Assembly: GCA_964590575.1 (NCBI GenBank)
Contig: CAZPWM010000074.1
Span: 1 to 16,145 of the forward strand
Direction of reading: 5' to 3'
Source of the DNA: an uncultured archaeon
Lineage (GTDB): Archaea > Asgardarchaeota > Thorarchaeia > Thorarchaeales > Thorarchaeaceae
Length of the DNA: 16,145 bases
The notes under the pieces were generated by a model. It saw only the letters and a list, made by a program, of their open reading frames with translations, was not told the DNA's origin and did no database searches. The stretch's first letter is position 1. Every line of letters begins with the position of its first letter. Below, one piece after another: positions 15,538 to 16,145 of this stretch. The position numbers and the translations under genes were made by a program.

Positions 15538-16145
15538 ATGAGCTCAAGAAGAATAGGCGCACGAGGTATATTGGTTTCGTTTGATGATCCATACCGCACT
15601 AATGTCTACATCATCCTCGGGGACGAACTTGTGTTTGTGCTAGACACATTTCTTGGAAACGACTCGATGAAGATTGTACATCGGTTGATAGAAGATGAGG
15701 GGTGCAAAGGAATGCCCGTAGTAGTCTTCAATTCCCACGCAGATTACGACCATTATTGGGGGAATGGTGCGTTCAGGGATGCGATAATCGTTGGACATGA
15801 ACATTGCAAGGAGCGTATTCTTTCTGAGGGTGAAACAAGTCTTGTGAAGTATGCAGACCATCAGAGAGGTGAAATCGAGTTAATACCTCCTAATCGTACA
15901 TTTCAAGAAGCCTTGACGTTTGAAACTGATGGTGTGAAATTCTTCCATACACCTGGACACACTCTCGACTCTTCATCGTGCTTTGACGAACGGGATAGAG
16001 TGCTCTTTGTGGGCGATAATGTTGAGAGTCCAATCCCCTATCTGAATCATGCTAATTTTGATCAATATATCCGAAGTCTGGAGTCGTATTTCAAACTTGA
16101 CTGGAAATACCTTATTGCTGGTCATGACCCTCTTTTGGAAAACTC
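15538..16145 (+). CDS. Metallo-beta-lactamase-fold hydrolase (partial, runs off the window)
   Basis: My translation from ATG 15538: MSSRRIGARGILVSFDDPYRTNVYII...LDT...NSHADYDHYWGN...HTPGHT...FVGDN...IAGH. Absent from the ORF track because there is no stop in the window. Confidence 0.9.
   Translation, partial: MSSRRIGARGILVSFDDPYRTNVYIILGDELVFVLDTFLGNDSMKIVHRLIEDEGCKGMPVVVFNSHADYDHYWGNGAFRDAIIVGHEHCKERILSEGETSLVKYADHQRGEIELIPPNRTFQEALTFETDGVKFFHTPGHTLDSSSCFDERDRVLFVGDNVESPIPYLNHANFDQYIRSLESYFKLDWKYLIAGHDPLLEN

Noticed and set aside
559-15861. Remaining short antisense or alternate-frame ORFs in the track (e.g. 559..759, 1236..1565, 5977..6474, 12904..13230, 15640..15861)
   Set aside because: They lie within or mostly overlap well-supported genes and have no recognisable motifs, so they are shadow ORFs.

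Overview
Gene-dense, moderately AT-rich prokaryotic window with archaeal features (TATA-like promoters, GGTG/GGAG ribosome-binding sites, archaeal-type thioredoxin N-terminus). It resembles an Asgard archaeon such as Thorarchaeota, but that is inference from gene content only. The window holds about 20 CDS: the tail of a C-terminally anchored surface protein, a radical SAM enzyme, two M32 carboxypeptidase paralogs (one interrupted by a single in-frame TAA), a QueG-like 2x[4Fe-4S] protein, an ICMT/PEMT-like membrane protein, an EamA transporter, thioredoxin, an isoaspartyl peptidase/asparaginase, a tandem pair of unknown 2-TM paralogs, a non-pyrrolysine MttB-family methyltransferase next to an FdhD lacking its CxxC loop, several hypothetical membrane proteins and a partial MBL-fold hydrolase. 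The most unusual element is a ~132-nt intergenic structure (8475-8606) that folds best on the minus strand into a multi-stem RNA. It displays four UCUCG motifs largely in unpaired positions, sits behind a TATA-like box, and matches no RNA family I recognise. No mobile elements, CRISPR arrays, tRNAs or rRNAs were seen.
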